NCBI GenBank assembly: GCA_051294375.1
Contig: CM119263.1
Location: 22,095,474 to 22,159,473 of the forward strand
Length of the DNA stretch: 64,000 bases
Reading direction: 5' to 3'
Origin: Paraspadella gotoi
Lineage: Eukaryota > Animalia > Chaetognatha
Shown here: in pieces, positions 1-13,651 of the stretch
Layout of the letters: each line of letters opens with the position of its first letter
How positions within the stretch are numbered: the first letter of the stretch is position 1
Notes under the pieces: model-generated
Databases searched by the model: none
What the model was told of the DNA's origin: nothing
What the model saw: only the letters and a program-made list of their open reading frames with translations
Position numbers and translations under genes: made by a program

Positions 1-1120
1 CCAAAGTCTCCATTATAATCGACGCCATTTTGATTCCTTTTGTTTCTAATTTCGTGCGCACGTGACAAAAAAACTTAATCGACGACCATCTTCTCTTTTT
101 CTTTATCACGCTTTCGGCTTCTCATTACTTCCGGTTCTTTTATCTCACAAGTTTAATTTCCGCCATATTGGATTTCATTTCCTCATTATCTTTTTTTTAA
201 CTTTTTTCCTTTCTTCCATATTTTCGCTGACTCTCTCTCTCTCTTTTTCATTTTTCGGTCATTATTTTAATAAAATTTACCTCATCCTTCCCAAAGTCTA
301 TTGATTTGTCGTTTTTGTTCTTTTTCTCTTTTCTCTTTTTCGTTTTCCTTTCGCATCTTCTGTTGCTCCTTTTTTCTTTTCAGTCCCATCCCTTCTCAAA
401 ACAAAATTTCTTTCAAGGCTTCTTCACTTACTCGTCGTCCGGTACTTTTCGTCCGTACTTTCGTCCGTACCTAGGTCCGTACCATCATCATCCGTTCACT
501 TGTCGAGATTAGTTTTTCACAATCTTCGCCTCTCCTTTCGCTTCACAACTTCCGCTCAAGTACGTTTTCCTTCCTTTCCTTCTCTTTCTTTTTTTCTTTT
601 TTTAAACTTCTTTCTTTTCTCGTTTTTCGATTTAGCCTCTTCGTCGTNNNNNNNNNNNNNNNNNNNNNNNNNNNNNNNNNNNNNNNNNNNNNNNNNNNNN
701 NNNNNNNNNNNNNNNNNNNNNNNNNNNNNNNNNNNNNNNNNNNNNNNNNNNNNNNNNNNNNNNNNNNNNNNNNNNNNNNNNNNNNNNNNNNNNNNNNNNN
801 NNNNNNNNNNNNNNNNNNNNNNNNNNNNNNNNNNNNNNNNNNNNNNNNNNNNNNNNNNNNNNNNNNNNNNNNNNNNNNNNNNNNNNNNNNNNNNNNNNNN
901 NNNNNNNNNNNNNNNNNNNNNNNNNNNNNNNNNNNNNNNNNNNNNNNNNNNNNNNNNNNNNNNNNNNNNNNNNNNNNNNNNNNNNNNNNNNNNNNNNNNN
1001 NNNNNNNNNNNNNNNNNNNNNNNNNNNNNNNNNNNNNNTCCCTCTCCCTCCCACTTCCCAATTGCAATAAAACGGAAATTCAATCCTCTTCACAAATCTC
1101 CTCCCATCTCCTGACGCTGT
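1..1120 (+). repeat. Direct duplicate of ~9190-10236 (interrupted by an N gap)
   Basis: ccaaagtctccattataatcgac at 1 and 9190; collinear to 647/9856; after the gap tccctctccctcccacttccc...ctgacgctgt matches ~10157-10236. Differences are mostly indels. Confidence 0.9.
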
Positions 1121-1596
1121 TCTTAAAAGAGCAGAGATTCAAAGTGCCGTTATGAAATCAGATAGAAAAACACGACGAAAGACCGACGACGCGACCGTCG
1201 ACGACCTGACGCGACTAAATCATAAACGACAACACAGTCGCATACGACAAAAATGACAACAACTAAACTTATACCTCAAAATATAATTTCAAAACCAACA
1301 AAAAAAAATTAGAACGAAACTGATGATGCATGATGAAGACGTCAGCTGTACATACCTGAACACAACACGCAATGAAAACGACGACGAACGTGAGGGACAA
1401 ACTCTACCGTGTTGACAACGACGTAAATAAACGGGAAACAACGGCCTCAACCACGAAAACTGAGACGAAATGTCAAAGATGACGCCGGTTACGCAGAAAA
1501 CTGACAAATCGGCAAAATAAGACGCCGCGAAAACGACCAAAGGCTGACACCAATAAACGAAGGCGAAGTACTGAAAGTCAAAAAAAGGACGCCGAC

Positions 1597-1732
1597 CTGC
1601 GGTGACTGATGATGACGCCGGCGCATGGAGGAGTGGCGCCGTCATTGTAGGACGCGCGCGAACCGGTAACTGTTCGACGCTCGTCTGATGAGTGGAAGCA
1701 GAAAGGGGACGCTCTGTGTCGGAGGTTGGACC
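1597..1732 (-). CDS. Putative internal exon of an unidentified minus-strand gene
   Basis: GC-rich island bounded by acceptor cctttctctcgcag| and donor cag|gtcggc on the minus strand; two frames are open (GPTSDTERPLSASTHQ... or SNLRHRASPFCFH...). No recognisable domain. Confidence 0.35.
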
Positions 1733-2980
1733 CTGCGAGAGAAAGGTGGAGTTTTTCAAAACTAAAATATCTATTTAAATCGGCTCGTTGGAAAGAAAAT
1801 TACTTGTTTATACTGCTTAAACGACTCAATAGGATTGATATTTGATCATTTCATTAGTTAGAAGAATTCCCTGACGTTTATGTTCCTATATAACAAATTG
1901 AAAAATACTTTTACATCATAAAACTGGGCGCTTGCTTTCCAGAATGCTTTTTTGCAGAAATTTCGGCCCCTTATTTGATATTAATTTTAAATCTTTGTGA
2001 AAAAAAATTTGACCAATATATAGTAATTCTTTTATATTCATTAGTTATATAATTTCTTGGGAGCATTGAAAAAAAAATTCTCATTAATATAATTTCAAGG
2101 TTTAGTGAGCCGGTAACAGGCCGCTTGCCAGATCAATGTTCTTTCACATTTTGTTTTTTCTATAAGGTTTACTTAGAAAAAACTATAAAATGGAAATGGC
2201 TGTCTATTATGGCTGTGAAAATGTTTTTGAACATCTCGTGATGCTCAGAAACATACTCCAAAGTCTATATTGTAAGATGACCCTAAATTTCAAAACATTT
2301 CATTTTTGTAGTGAAATATATTTATAACAGGAAGATTCCTATTCAAATTGCCGATAATTGGTTTTTTTGGAAATTCCGAACCAAGGAACATTCATGAGCA
2401 CATACCTAGGAAAGTAAGCAAGTTGGACCTAATGGATTTGGATAAATAAAAAACTGTCACGCCAATTTACACCAGGGTTCAAAATCTGAAGACTGTATTA
2501 ACAAATACTTTAGCCTCAGTATTTGATCCTTTTCATTTCACTCCAATTTAAAATCCGTAAAATAATCCTAAAGTCATGTCCAAAAAATTTCCCGGCTCAA
2601 CTTTTACATATTTAACTTTTTAAGTCATAAACATTCGATTCATTGCCATTGCGCTCAATAGGATGAGTGATAAAAGTTTAAGCGATGAACATTTTTTTGC
2701 TGCTCTATTGGACATGTATATACGAAATTTCAAATCTTATAAAAAATATTTTAGCATAACAGTATAACCTAATAGAGTAGGCTATGGGTTGGATAAATTC
2801 AAGCTACCTAGTGGTCAGAGCTGATAGTTTACACAATGAACCATCCGGGTCGGACGAGCTAAGGTCATCTAGCTTGATTGTAATGCCGGGAGTGAACAAG
2901 GCAGTTGGCCCGACAACATTACACAGTGAAGCAGAAGTAGTTATTCTATTGTTATAGTTTAGTGAACTAGAACCGTTCAC

Positions 2981-3191
2981 ATATACAAGCAGAGCCCTGA
3001 GCTTCGGAGCAAGGCTTGAACCACCTTGTAAAGGCAGGCGGTTAAGCGCCCCGCTCCCATCTGTTTAACTGCTGGGACGACCACAGACGGCGAAGAATAC
3101 CGGACGACTTTGGGCGTGGGGAGGCGAATGACTTGCCTCCGGCACCAATGGCCACCTGATGAAACGGTTGGTGGATTTTAGCTCCACCATA
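2981..3191 (-). mobile_element. Diverged second copy of the SINE-like element
   Basis: gggaggcgaatgacttgcctccggcaccaatggcc and aagcagagccctgagcttcgga...ggcggttaagc match the reverse complement of the head and body at 21246-21400. Confidence 0.65.
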
Positions 3192-4106
3192 CAACAAAAT
3201 ATATCAAATTTTTCTATTCTGTTCGGAAGACGAATTAAGAACAAAAATGTTTTATGTACTAGTTAATACATTCTATCTTCCTACATAAATAATCCTTGTT
3301 TGAATCATTCTAAACTATTTTTTTTTTTGTTCCCGATTGGCTCACTCTATTCGGTCGATATTAGATATTATGCCAGGTCCCTTCGTTCCAAAGAGAAAGC
3401 GTACTGGTTTAAAAGCGCCAAGTCATTTTTTAAAAAAATCTCTAACTGCCTGCCTCCTTCAAAACAATATAATAGTTAGATGGTAAATTAATCAACTTTC
3501 AACTTGTAAATTCACCCTTTATCCTAATGTTGTGAAATTCGAACTCACTCCAGTTTCTCGTATCGAGTTTCAAGTAATCGAGTTTAAACCAATATCCATA
3601 CTCGTCATCATAAAAGCGTCGAAGCAGCTGCCTCTTTTTTTTTTCAGTTCGCCTTCGCCATCGAACTGCATTTATTCAGTTATCGCATTTCTCGCTGCGT
3701 ATCGATCAAGAGAGTGTGCTAGTGCCAGATTGACATTGTCCGCCATGTCAAAACTATACGCTATCGTCATTGAATATTATGTAAATTTCAATATAAAAAA
3801 ATAATACATAATGATGTATAACACACAATATTTCAATCAGGTTTGATTTGAAGTAAGTGAAAGTTTCACGCACTCCGCGCCAAATGTTACGAAAGGAAAA
3901 TTCAGTAGAATTGGAAAGCTCTTTCAACTTTTAACCATCGATTTCTCGCAGAAAAGACAAACCGACCCTTCACTTTCCGGCGCTCCTCGCTCCAGTCGAC
4001 GTCCTCCGGCGAGGTTTTCCGGCGCTCGAGTTCCGGCCCACATTTATTCCCCCTGTCTACGTCCGAAAGGTCTTTTTTCAAACGGAAGATCGGACCACAT
4101 CCTCCA

Positions 4107-4395
4107 TTTTTAGTGCGGCGCCGCCAAATACTGCGCGGAGCAAGCTCGTATAAGTTACTTTTCCGGTAGGTCTGTCGGTGGGTCCGTCGGTCTGCTCCCA
4201 CTTACGTTAAGAATGCTCTGATCAACTTGCATATAATTTGTGTGCTCACGGTTTGTTATTGAAGCGAGAAAAAAACACTCAAAATCTAAGGCCAACTGCT
4301 ACGCGCCGGCTTCAGGAGTAACAGTTCCTAAAACTTATAAAGGAATTAAAAGATACACTATTCATGGTTTTCATATCATCGTCCATGTCATAGAT
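4107..4395 (+). mobile_element. HINE family A copy (diverged)
   Basis: tttttagtgcggcgcc...gcggagcaagctcgtataagttacttt...gtctgtcggtgggtccgtcggtctg and ctcaaaatctaagg...ctgctacgcgccggcttc align to the reverse complement of 17150-17390. Confidence 0.6.
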
Positions 4396-5969
4396 CAATG
4401 AGAAATATATGTTATAAAGGCCAGTCACTGCGGCGAAACACAGTTTGGAATTACCGTTTCTTTTTTATTTAGTAAAGTTTGAGCCACTCGCCCCGATTTT
4501 ATGTCTGGTTCTGTCACTTTATCGTAAGTTCCATTTGCTGTTTTCTGGAAAGGCTATCCTCGGAATTGAAATCGCTTTTTTGTTTGTAACTAGAATTACA
4601 GAGTTTCATCCCAGATAGTCTTCTATCGCGCTCTTATTGGCCTGCCGTGACCGTTGATGGCCTGGCTGTGTTGCATCTTCGGTGGAGTTTCGCCATTGCG
4701 AGGGCAGTCCAAGTGTGGGAGTCGGCAGGGCACGTTGTGTGAACTTCTAAAGTGGGATCACTTGTCATGTGTTTGTGTGTCTGATGTTGTTGACTGAGTC
4801 ATGTTCAAGTCATAATTTGAATAGACTGTCTGTCATTTTTAACTCTTCCTTTATCACCACATTCATTCTAAAAGTTTCCAATCTTTCCCCCCCATTTTTT
4901 AACACTGCCCTTTTCCATGCCATTTTAGCAACCCACCCCCAATCTAACCATACCCCAATTAACCATCCGTCACCTCATCCCATTTCTTAACCTTCCCCTA
5001 AATAAACCATCCCCTCCCTCCAGACCTCTCCCCCTTCACTCCTACCTTTTCCCCCCCTCACACCCCCTATTCTCAACCCTATCCCACTCCGTAGCCCTTC
5101 TCCCGCTCGCCCCCACAAACCTGCATGGCCTGGCCGATTCCTAGCGCCGTCGGTGGTGGAAGGGATTTGAATCGGCGCCAGGTTCCGCCCCAGCAACGGA
5201 CTGGTTGCACGATCGCCTCGACGCCTCGACGCCGTTCGACGTCGCCGTCGGTCGTCGTCTCGCCGCTCGTCGTCGCCGTCCGCCAGGTCCGTTCGTCGTT
5301 CGTCGTCTTCCGCGTTCCCTCGTTTCTCCTCTCGAGAGAGCGATCTTCATCTCTTCTACGTTCCTTTGGGGTTAAAGTTCGTCGGTTTTTTTTATTTTTT
5401 ATATTTTTACTATTATTTTTTCGATAGTACTATGTGTTTATACTATATATATATTGCTTTGAGCAACCACTTTTTGTTTGTTTTTGTTACGTCACGGCGG
5501 CAATGGTTTCAGGCGGGAGGGTCAACTGTACTATCCCGATTTTGTTTTTTTATTTCGAATCGTTTATCTTGGAGCCACATTGATGGCGCTAGAAGGGAGG
5601 ATCGTTGTCGAACCCAAAAAAGAAAAGAGCAACACGGCGCGCGTTTATTTAAGGATTAGCCAGTTCATAGATGTATTTTTATCGAAAACAGATGAGGCTC
5701 CGAAGGAAATAACAGAAGCCGATAACCTGTCGGGGAGAAAAGAAAAAACAAATGAAAAGTTAAAGGACATGAATAGAGCTTTATAGGAAACAACAATAGG
5801 GAATAACAACCAAGATTGAAAGAAATGATTGCAAGAGAGATCGGGGTCCCATGGCCAATTGTTGCCGCAGCAGTACTTTCTGTTCACGTGTATTTCCATA
5901 TGATCACATAAATACAGTCACAGTGGAATGTATACTCTATATGTCATATATTTATATTATATATATATA

Positions 5970-6183
5970 TTATATTTATGACACCACTGACAATAGGAAT
6001 TCCTCGTCGTTTATTCTTTTTAGTTTTAGGATTTCCTGAAGGCGGAGCTAGTAGTCCCTTAGATTTGAGCTTTTTTTCTGTCTAAAGCAAATGAGCCAAC
6101 CAAGTATAGCTGTTATGAAGATCCGAACCGACACCGACGAAAAGAGAGTTTCTCCGAGACGTGACTCGCGGCGCAACTAAAAA
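5970..6183 (-). mobile_element. HINE family A copy (diverged)
   Basis: tatttatgacac...ggatttcctgaaggcggagctagtagtcccttagatttgag...actcgcggcgcaactaaaaa matches 17149-17390 in the same orientation. Confidence 0.6.
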
Positions 6184-9156
6184 TAGGAAGAGATAAATTA
6201 GACGATCGATTTGTATTTCGGAGCGAAGGAAGGAGAGAAAGAAAAATTATGACGAGGAAGGACAAGCAAGAGGAGCGAAAAGGAGAAAATTCGAGAAGAA
6301 AATAGGGATAAGGAGAAGGGAAGGGAGTACTCTAAATGAAAGGCAAAGAAAGAAAACAGCAAAAAGGAGAGCGATTAAAAGAATAAACAAAGTGAAAGAG
6401 AGAATGTTAATTGATTACAAGGGATCATAAATCGAAGACAAGAAAAGCTCGGGGTAGTGCGATAATTGTGGATTGGGGTGAAGCATTGTTTGAGCAAAGT
6501 GAGAAAAAAAAAGTAAGAAAAAAAAAATAAGCAGAACAGAGAAAGAGAGAGAGCGCAAGTGACAAATGCTCGACACGATGAGGCGAAATAAAGAGAGAGA
6601 TTCTTCGGCAGAAAAAGAGAAAAATCGGAGATAAATCGAGCTTAATCGTTCTTTCTTCCCATCTTTTTGTTTTCTTTTCTTTTCCTCTTTGTTTTACAGA
6701 TCTTTTTCTTTTCTTTTTTTCCTTTTTTCAATTTTTTTTTTCTCTTACCCTTTATTATTAAATGTTTATTATTTTCCATACTTGCGGGGTATTCGCGGTC
6801 GAATGTAGGTAAACATATCGCGTAGGATTTCGAAAAGTTTCGTGGGAAAAATTCGAGGAAATGACGATAAAATCAATTTTTTATATCGAATTTTCGGGTG
6901 ACGTCGTAAAACATAATAATGATGCGCTTCGACGTTGAGCCGTTTAGTGAGCGTAGTTGTATTCGGCAAATCGCTCTTCTCTTCCGATTGCCACCCTGCT
7001 ATGACAGATTTCATGTGCGATTTCGACCACTTTAAAAAGTCTCCCTTTTGTCGAAAAGAAAAAAAAAACAAATATAAAAATAAATAACAAAAATAACAAT
7101 TAAATCCTTATCCTAAGCTTTTATTTCTCAGTTATTTTTGTTATTATATGTTCATGTTTGATTTCTACTTTTACGTTATTTTTTCTGACTCATTGTTGCA
7201 GTTTTAATTTGTTATGATATTTTTTTGCGTGTGCAGATTTATCTCAACAACATTTATTAGCTATTTATTTTATTATATTCATTCATATTATTTAGTATCT
7301 CAATCCCTTATCCTTGTTCTTTCGTTGCGTTGTTAAAAGATTTTAAGATATAGTTTAGCTTTGTCATAAACAAGGATTTTTTATTAAAGCAGCGTAACTA
7401 CATGTTTCGGTTCCTGTTTTGCGAGCCTTCATCAGCGCATTTCTTTAATATAGTGTCAATAAAAATTATATTGACGTGGTATTCGTTGCTACCTCTTGGA
7501 ACAAGTTTGAAAAATGTTCACCCATCAAAAGTAAAATCATTCCCCTTCGCTTCCCCGTCTCTCTCTCCCTTTTTTTTTCGAGAAAGACTTTTTCGATGTA
7601 AAAATAACCGTATAAATCCTCGCAGTAAAAGTGTATGAGGGGCATAAATCAATCGGCGACGGAAAACGAGACTAAAAGCGCGGGAAAAAAGTTTGTCGTT
7701 GTTGGTTTGAAGTTTTTCCCTTGAGCGAGAAAAAGCGGTTGGAGGTAAAAATAAAAGAAAGTCACCGGGATTTAATTATTAATTTCCGTTCTTCTTTTTA
7801 GCGATTCGCGACATGAAATTGGAACAACAGAAAATAAAAAATAATAATCATTCAAAAAAGAAGCTACTTAGCCATAACTTTGGACAAGCGAGCTGGGTTA
7901 AGGTTTCCATACCCCTAACAGGATTTTCAAAACTGTTTCTTTTCAGTAGTGTTTTTCCTGCTCTACGATGAACTTTTTCCATCGTTAATCATTAGATGCC
8001 GCGTGTGTGACATCAACCTCCCTTATTGACATGCTTACTGTGAAATACCTATGCCTCCTAAGTAATTTATAACGTTGTCTTAATCATTAAGGTTGCCTAA
8101 AATTTCTTCATGATTGAGAGTTTGACCGGTCTGTTTTTATGTCCCATTTTATTTTACCCGTATTTTATTTGACCGTCGTTATTTGGGAGAGATATGAGAC
8201 TATTTTTTTAGTTCTTATTTAGACATCAGCCAGAACGATCACTCTGTCCCTTATACAGTTTACGGGACAACTTATGAGATTTTTACTGAAACATAAAGCC
8301 TTCGCATTTGATCACGACTCTTCCTTATAATTGGCCTCGTGATTCAGCGAATATTCAGCTAGTTTTCCATAAAGCTCCCTCGTCAAAATCTAACACGCGG
8401 AACGAGCGACGTCTCGACTCTCGGGCGTTGAAGCATCAAAATACTTCACACTTTACCTTTCACTCATTTCGTCGCTAGGAAACCAGCGTTCTGATTTTTT
8501 TTATATTTGGGAAAACTCTCTCACGCTTTCACTTCCTTTTCTCTTTTATGATAATTTCATGAGACTTTCACCTCGATGATAATTCAGTCACGTCTGTATC
8601 TCTTGTACGTTTTTTTTTTTTTTTTTTTTTGATCTCGACAACCATTTCAATCCATTATGGATTCTATTACCCTTAATTATATAATTTTCTTTCGCTACTC
8701 ATTTTCAACCGACGAGTTCCTCCTTCCACTTTCCTCTCCATCCCTTCTTTCTCCCCTCTCCTTTCATACCTCCACCCTCTCTTTTCTCCCTCTCTCTTCC
8801 CCTTCTCCTTCTTTTCTCTTCTCTATCGAGATTCCGCTCATGCATCTCGATTTCGGGAAGAGGCTCCACTTGAAGAAAAGAATCTCCCGTTTAGAAAGTG
8901 AAGGTCTTTATCGGGAGAGAGGAGGAGAGAGAGGTAGAAGGCAGATGAGGAGCAGAGAGGAGAGAAGCGAGAGAGAGAGAGAGAGAGAGAGAAGAGAGAG
9001 AGGAGGAACACAAAAGAGAGAGGGGGGTTATCCTAGAATATAGGGGCTTTGGATTCGAAGAGAAGCGTAATTCACTGAAATCCAATTAATGGAATAAAAT
9101 CTTCCCTATTTTCCCAACCACAGTCATCCAAAGCCTTAACGCCCTTGGTTCCTTAC

Positions 9157-9219
9157 CGGCCGCATTGCAGCGCGCCACCGGTCTCCCTTCCAAAGTCTCC
9201 ATTATAATCGACAGCCCAT
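9157..9219 (-). CDS. Putative first coding exon (MASIIMETLEG...) of an unidentified minus-strand gene
   Basis: The duplicate copy at 28->1 reads tcaaaATGGCGTCGATTATAATGGAGACTTTGG (good start context); the copy here has indels that break the frame but ends in a donor ccg|gtaagg at 9156. Confidence 0.25.
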
Positions 9220-10332
9220 TTGATTCCTTTGTTATTTCTAAATTTCGTTGCGACTGTGACAAAAAAAACTTAATCGACGACCATCTTCTCTTTTTCTTTA
9301 TCACCGCTTTCGCTTCTCATTTACTTCGGTTCTTTTATCTCACAAGTTTAATTTCCGCCATATTGGATTCATTTCCTCATTATCTTTTTTTTTACTTTTT
9401 TCTCTTTCTTCCATATTTTCGCATGACTCTCTCGTCTCTCTTTTTCATTTTTCGGTCATTATTTTAATAAAATTTACCTCATTCCTTCCCAAGTCTATGA
9501 TTTGGTCGTTTTTGTTCTTTTTCTCTTTTCTCTTTTCGTTTTCCTTTCGCATCTTCTGGTTGCTCCTTGTTTTCTTTTCAGTCCCATCCCTTCTTCAAAA
9601 CTAAAATTTCTTTTCAAGCGCTTCTTCACTACTCGTCGTCCGTCTTTTCGTCCGTACTTTTCGTCCGTACCTAGGTCCCGTACCATCATCATCCGTTCAA
9701 CAGTTGTCGAGATTAGTTTTTCACAATTCTTCGCTCTCTCCTTTCGCCTTCACAACTTCCGCTCAAGTCGTTCTTCCTTCCTTTCCTCTCTCTTCTTTTT
9801 GTTTTCTTTTTAAACTTCTTTCTTTTCTCGTTTTTCGATTTAGCCTCTTTCGTCGTTACCGCCCTCTCTTCGCCCACCCACGTCCATCGCGGCTTCCAGA
9901 TTCGTATCTGCTTTTTATTGTCGGTGTTCCTTTTTTTACGGCCATCGAATATCTCGCTACTCACTCTCACTCTCACTTAAAAAGAATCGAAAACTTTCCC
10001 TGCTCGATTTTTTCTTCTTCTTTTTCTTTTTCTTTTTACTTTCTTCCTCCAGGGCATCCTCTCGTAAGATTATCAATCTCTCTTCCCTTTGTTCCTCCCG
10101 CCCAAACTACATTTTCTAACTTCTCTCCTAATTCTATTCCCTATCAGTTTTCCTCCCTCCCTCTCCCTCCCACTTCCCAAGCAATACACGGAAATTCAAT
10201 CCTCTTCACAAATCTCCTCCCATCTCCTGACGCTGTACTTCCCACAACCCACATCCCCCTCTTCATTCTCACCCCCCTCAATTGCCTTTCCACCCCTCAC
10301 CGCCATAAATCCGAATTGCCATCCCTCCTCCA

Positions 10333-10417
<85 letters not shown>

Positions 10418-11620
10418 NNNNNNNNNNNNNNNNNNNNNNNNNCTCTCTCTCACCAATCGCTCTGGTTTCGGAATCCAATCAGGAAACCAAAGTTATGTCG
10501 ACATTTCGTCTTCTCACTCGAGAATCTTCGCCGCCCGATTTCCTCAGCCCGAGTTTTGCGTCGGTCTCGATTTCCGGTATAGAATATTAGGCCGGATCTT
10601 TGGCCGGATCTTTGGCCTGATCTCGACCACTCCGCTACGGGATTACTGCTGAGATTCCATCAGATTTTCTCGGAATCTGGGACTTGAGTTTTACGTCGTG
10701 AGAGCCTGAGGACCTGAGAGACTGGACTGCCACTCGGAGTAGTCTTTGCTTTTTGAAATTTTCTGTGTATTTTACAAAAAAGATACATTTGTAAAAAAGA
10801 GTGATATTAATTTGTGAGTTCTGGGTTCCTAATTGGGAAATTCCGTTCTACTACTCCTGTTCTCTACCATATTTAATTAAATTTGTTAATTTTTGTTTAC
10901 TTTTGGGCTCAGACAAACCCATTCTTAAATACATTTGTTCGATTTCAGGTTAGTCTTGTACGTATGTTTTTTTATCCGTCGGTAACTTCTGTCGGTATCT
11001 TTTGTCGGTTTTTGGTCAGTAACGGCTTCGGGCAATTGGAAAGTGAATCGAGTGTAAGAAGAAGGCTTTGGGCCGGATGTGGTTCCGATTGGCTGAAGAT
11101 AAGAACGTTTGGTCACGTGACGTCTGTTTTCTGTTTACATTGACCGCGTTTTGCTGAGGACCCGAAAGGATGAAACCGGTATGAAGATCCTACAATTTCC
11201 TACAATTTCCTACAATTTTTAAATTGGCAAAAATTAATAAACACTAATGACAAAAACACGTACATGACAGACCAAAAAATGAATAAAAGTACCCTCGTGA
11301 GTGATTATTGCTGAGTGTTGAAGCAATCTTAAAATATAAACGACCTCCACGACTTCCAAACAATATTGAAAGAATATTAAATTCTTGAACTCATATTCCC
11401 TTTTATGTAGCTTATTTTATAAACTGCGCTAAGCTCAATTTAATATCGCCAGTTGTTTCCCCCTAAAAAACCAGAGTTTTCAATTGAACTGTCAACTGAG
11501 TCTGAACTCGTTAAAACCGTCAAATCCAAACTTCGCTTTTCTCTTTTTCTTCGCAAGAATCGATTCCATAATTAAAACTCTGCCCTTCATTTTTACCCTC
11601 GGGTCATTAGCGGGCGAGGG

Positions 11621-11692
11621 GCGGAAATTAAAGTGCCGGAAAGAAAAGGCGCCTGAAATTAAAGCGCCGGAAAAGAAAAGTGCCGGGAGATA
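11621..11692 (+). repeat. ~15-bp degenerate tandem repeat (gccggaaa[tt/ag]aaag[t/c]) x5; duplicated at ~14820-14890
   Basis: gcggaaattaaagt gccggaaagaaaaggc gcctgaaattaaagc gccggaaaagaaaagt gccgggagataa. Confidence 0.7.
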
Positions 11693-12080
11693 AAAAAAAG
11701 ACGGAAAAGAGAAGTAGCAAATGCCAGAACGAGAAATGCCGTTGGCTAAAAAAAAATATATATGACTGAAGGTATAGTGTGTGTATAAAATATTAGCATT
11801 AAAAAAAAAGAATTTCAAAATTCAAAAGATATACAGTATCGGAAACCTAGAATGTTGTAAGAATGTACATGGGATAACTTTTCCATTTATAGGAATGGCT
11901 TTAGGATTTTATAGGAAGTTGCCTGGATGTCTGGCTATTGCCCATTTTAGCAATTTTTCCAAAAAATAATCTTAAACCACTAAAAAATTGGGTCAAAATT
12001 TTTTTTTAAAAACTTGCATAGCTCTATTATACTTTAATATTTTTTTCTTAGCGAAATTCCTTTCTTTTCGTTGTGTTTGG

Positions 12081-13124
12081 ATTAGTAGAAATGAAAGTTT
12101 GAGTTTATTTGCAACAACGATTTTATTAGTACATAAGGAACGTACATGTTGGCTGTTATGTTACAAGCCTTCTTTCAGCGTCATAGAAGAAAAAATTGTC
12201 TTTGTGTGAACTTTTTACAAAGTATTTGTGCAAAGGAAAAGGTAGAGCAGAGAGAGAGGAGAGGAGAGATGAGAGAGAAGAGAGAGGACAGAGACAGGGC
12301 AAAGTTTCCAAACACAGAGTTAGAAAAGATAGTGGTCAGATGTGAGGACAGGTCAAGGTGAAGACAGATTGATTAGACTGTGAAAAGAATTAAATTGGTG
12401 AAAATTTATAGAGATGAGGGGAGAGAGACAAGAAGAGAGAGAAGAGAGAGAAAGGACACATTAGTAACATACATTGTGCAATGTACAAACAAAGATAAAT
12501 GATTTAAACTAACAGTGAAATAAATATTGTTAACATTAAAGCTGACTAATAAATTAATTGAGTATAAAACAGTGAAATTGAAAGTGTGAAACGGAAAGAG
12601 AGAATAATAATGTTTAGAGCGTTATTAATCGTCGGAAAGTGGAATTTAGAGAATTAAGAAAGAGCTCTTTTCTAATTCTTTCTGTTGTACTTGCACAATG
12701 TATTGTGTCAATGTTCCTTTTTCTCTCTCTCTCTCTCTCTCTCTGGTGCCTGCTCCCTCTCTTCTACGTAAATTTTTCACCATTGTAATTTCTTTTCACA
12801 GTCTAACTCAATCTGTCTTGCACCTTACCTGTCCTCACATCTGACCACTATTAGCTTTTCTCAACTCTAGTGGTTAGGAGCAACTTTGCCCTGTCCTGCT
12901 CGTCGTGGCTCTCTCGTGACTCTCTCTCTCTGCTGCTCTCTCTGCTCTTTCTTCGCCTACTTTTTTCGTTTGCAAGAATAATTTGTAAAACGTTCACAAA
13001 ACAATTTTTCTCTATGGACGACGCGAAGACAGGCTTGTAACTAAAGCCGAAACAAATGTACGTCCTTATGCTAGCCTAAAGAGAATCGTTGTTGAAATAA
13101 GACTCAAACTCTATTTCTACTAAT
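12081..13124. repeat. Imperfect fold-back (arms ~12081-12490 and ~12683-13124)
   Basis: attagtagaaa...gtttgagt...caacaacgatt is mirrored by aatcgttgttg...actcaaac...tttctactaat; tggtcagatgtgaggacagg is mirrored by cctgtcctcacatctgacca; short near-palindrome gaattaagaaagagctcttttctaattc at ~12651-12678. Confidence 0.85.
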
Positions 13125-13340
13125 TTTTTTCTTAAAATTTTGCTAACTTGTACTCAAGAGGGTGTGTTAACTTCTGTAGAAATATTGTTACTATCAAAAA
13201 GTTTTTTCCATATTTATCAGTGCTGATATTTTAGATGGGTCATTTTTTCAATGATGCATAACTTCCTTATTTGTGAATATTATGATTTTAAATTTTAGTA
13301 AAAGGTGGGCCTTGGGTAGTCCTGCAATACATATAAATAT

Positions 13341-13605
13341 CTCTCGTAAGTATCAATCTCTCTTCCTTTTTCCTCCCGCCCAACTACATTTTCTAACTTC
13401 TCTCCTAATTCTATTCCCATTCATTTCCTCCCCTCCCTCTCCCTCCCACTTCCCATTGCAATAAAACCGGAATTCAATCCTCTTCACAAATCTCCTCCCA
13501 TCTCCTGACGCTGTCTTCCCACAACACCCACCTCCCTCACTTCATTCCACCCCTCCAATTGCCTTTCCACCCCTCACCGCCATAAATCCGAATTGCCATC
13601 CCTCA

Positions 13606-13651
<46 letters not shown>

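Noticed and set aside
500-1114. Long ORFs containing X runs (also 54010-55377)
   Set aside because: They are open only because they cross N gaps.
3151-3175. CTGATGA (3156-3162) inside ccacc/ggtgg, and CTGATGA...GAAA at 1685-1704, as hammerhead ribozyme cores
   Set aside because: No paired stem II between CTGATGA and GAAA and no stem III/UH site can be drawn; the homologous position in the other SINE copy reads ctgataaac.
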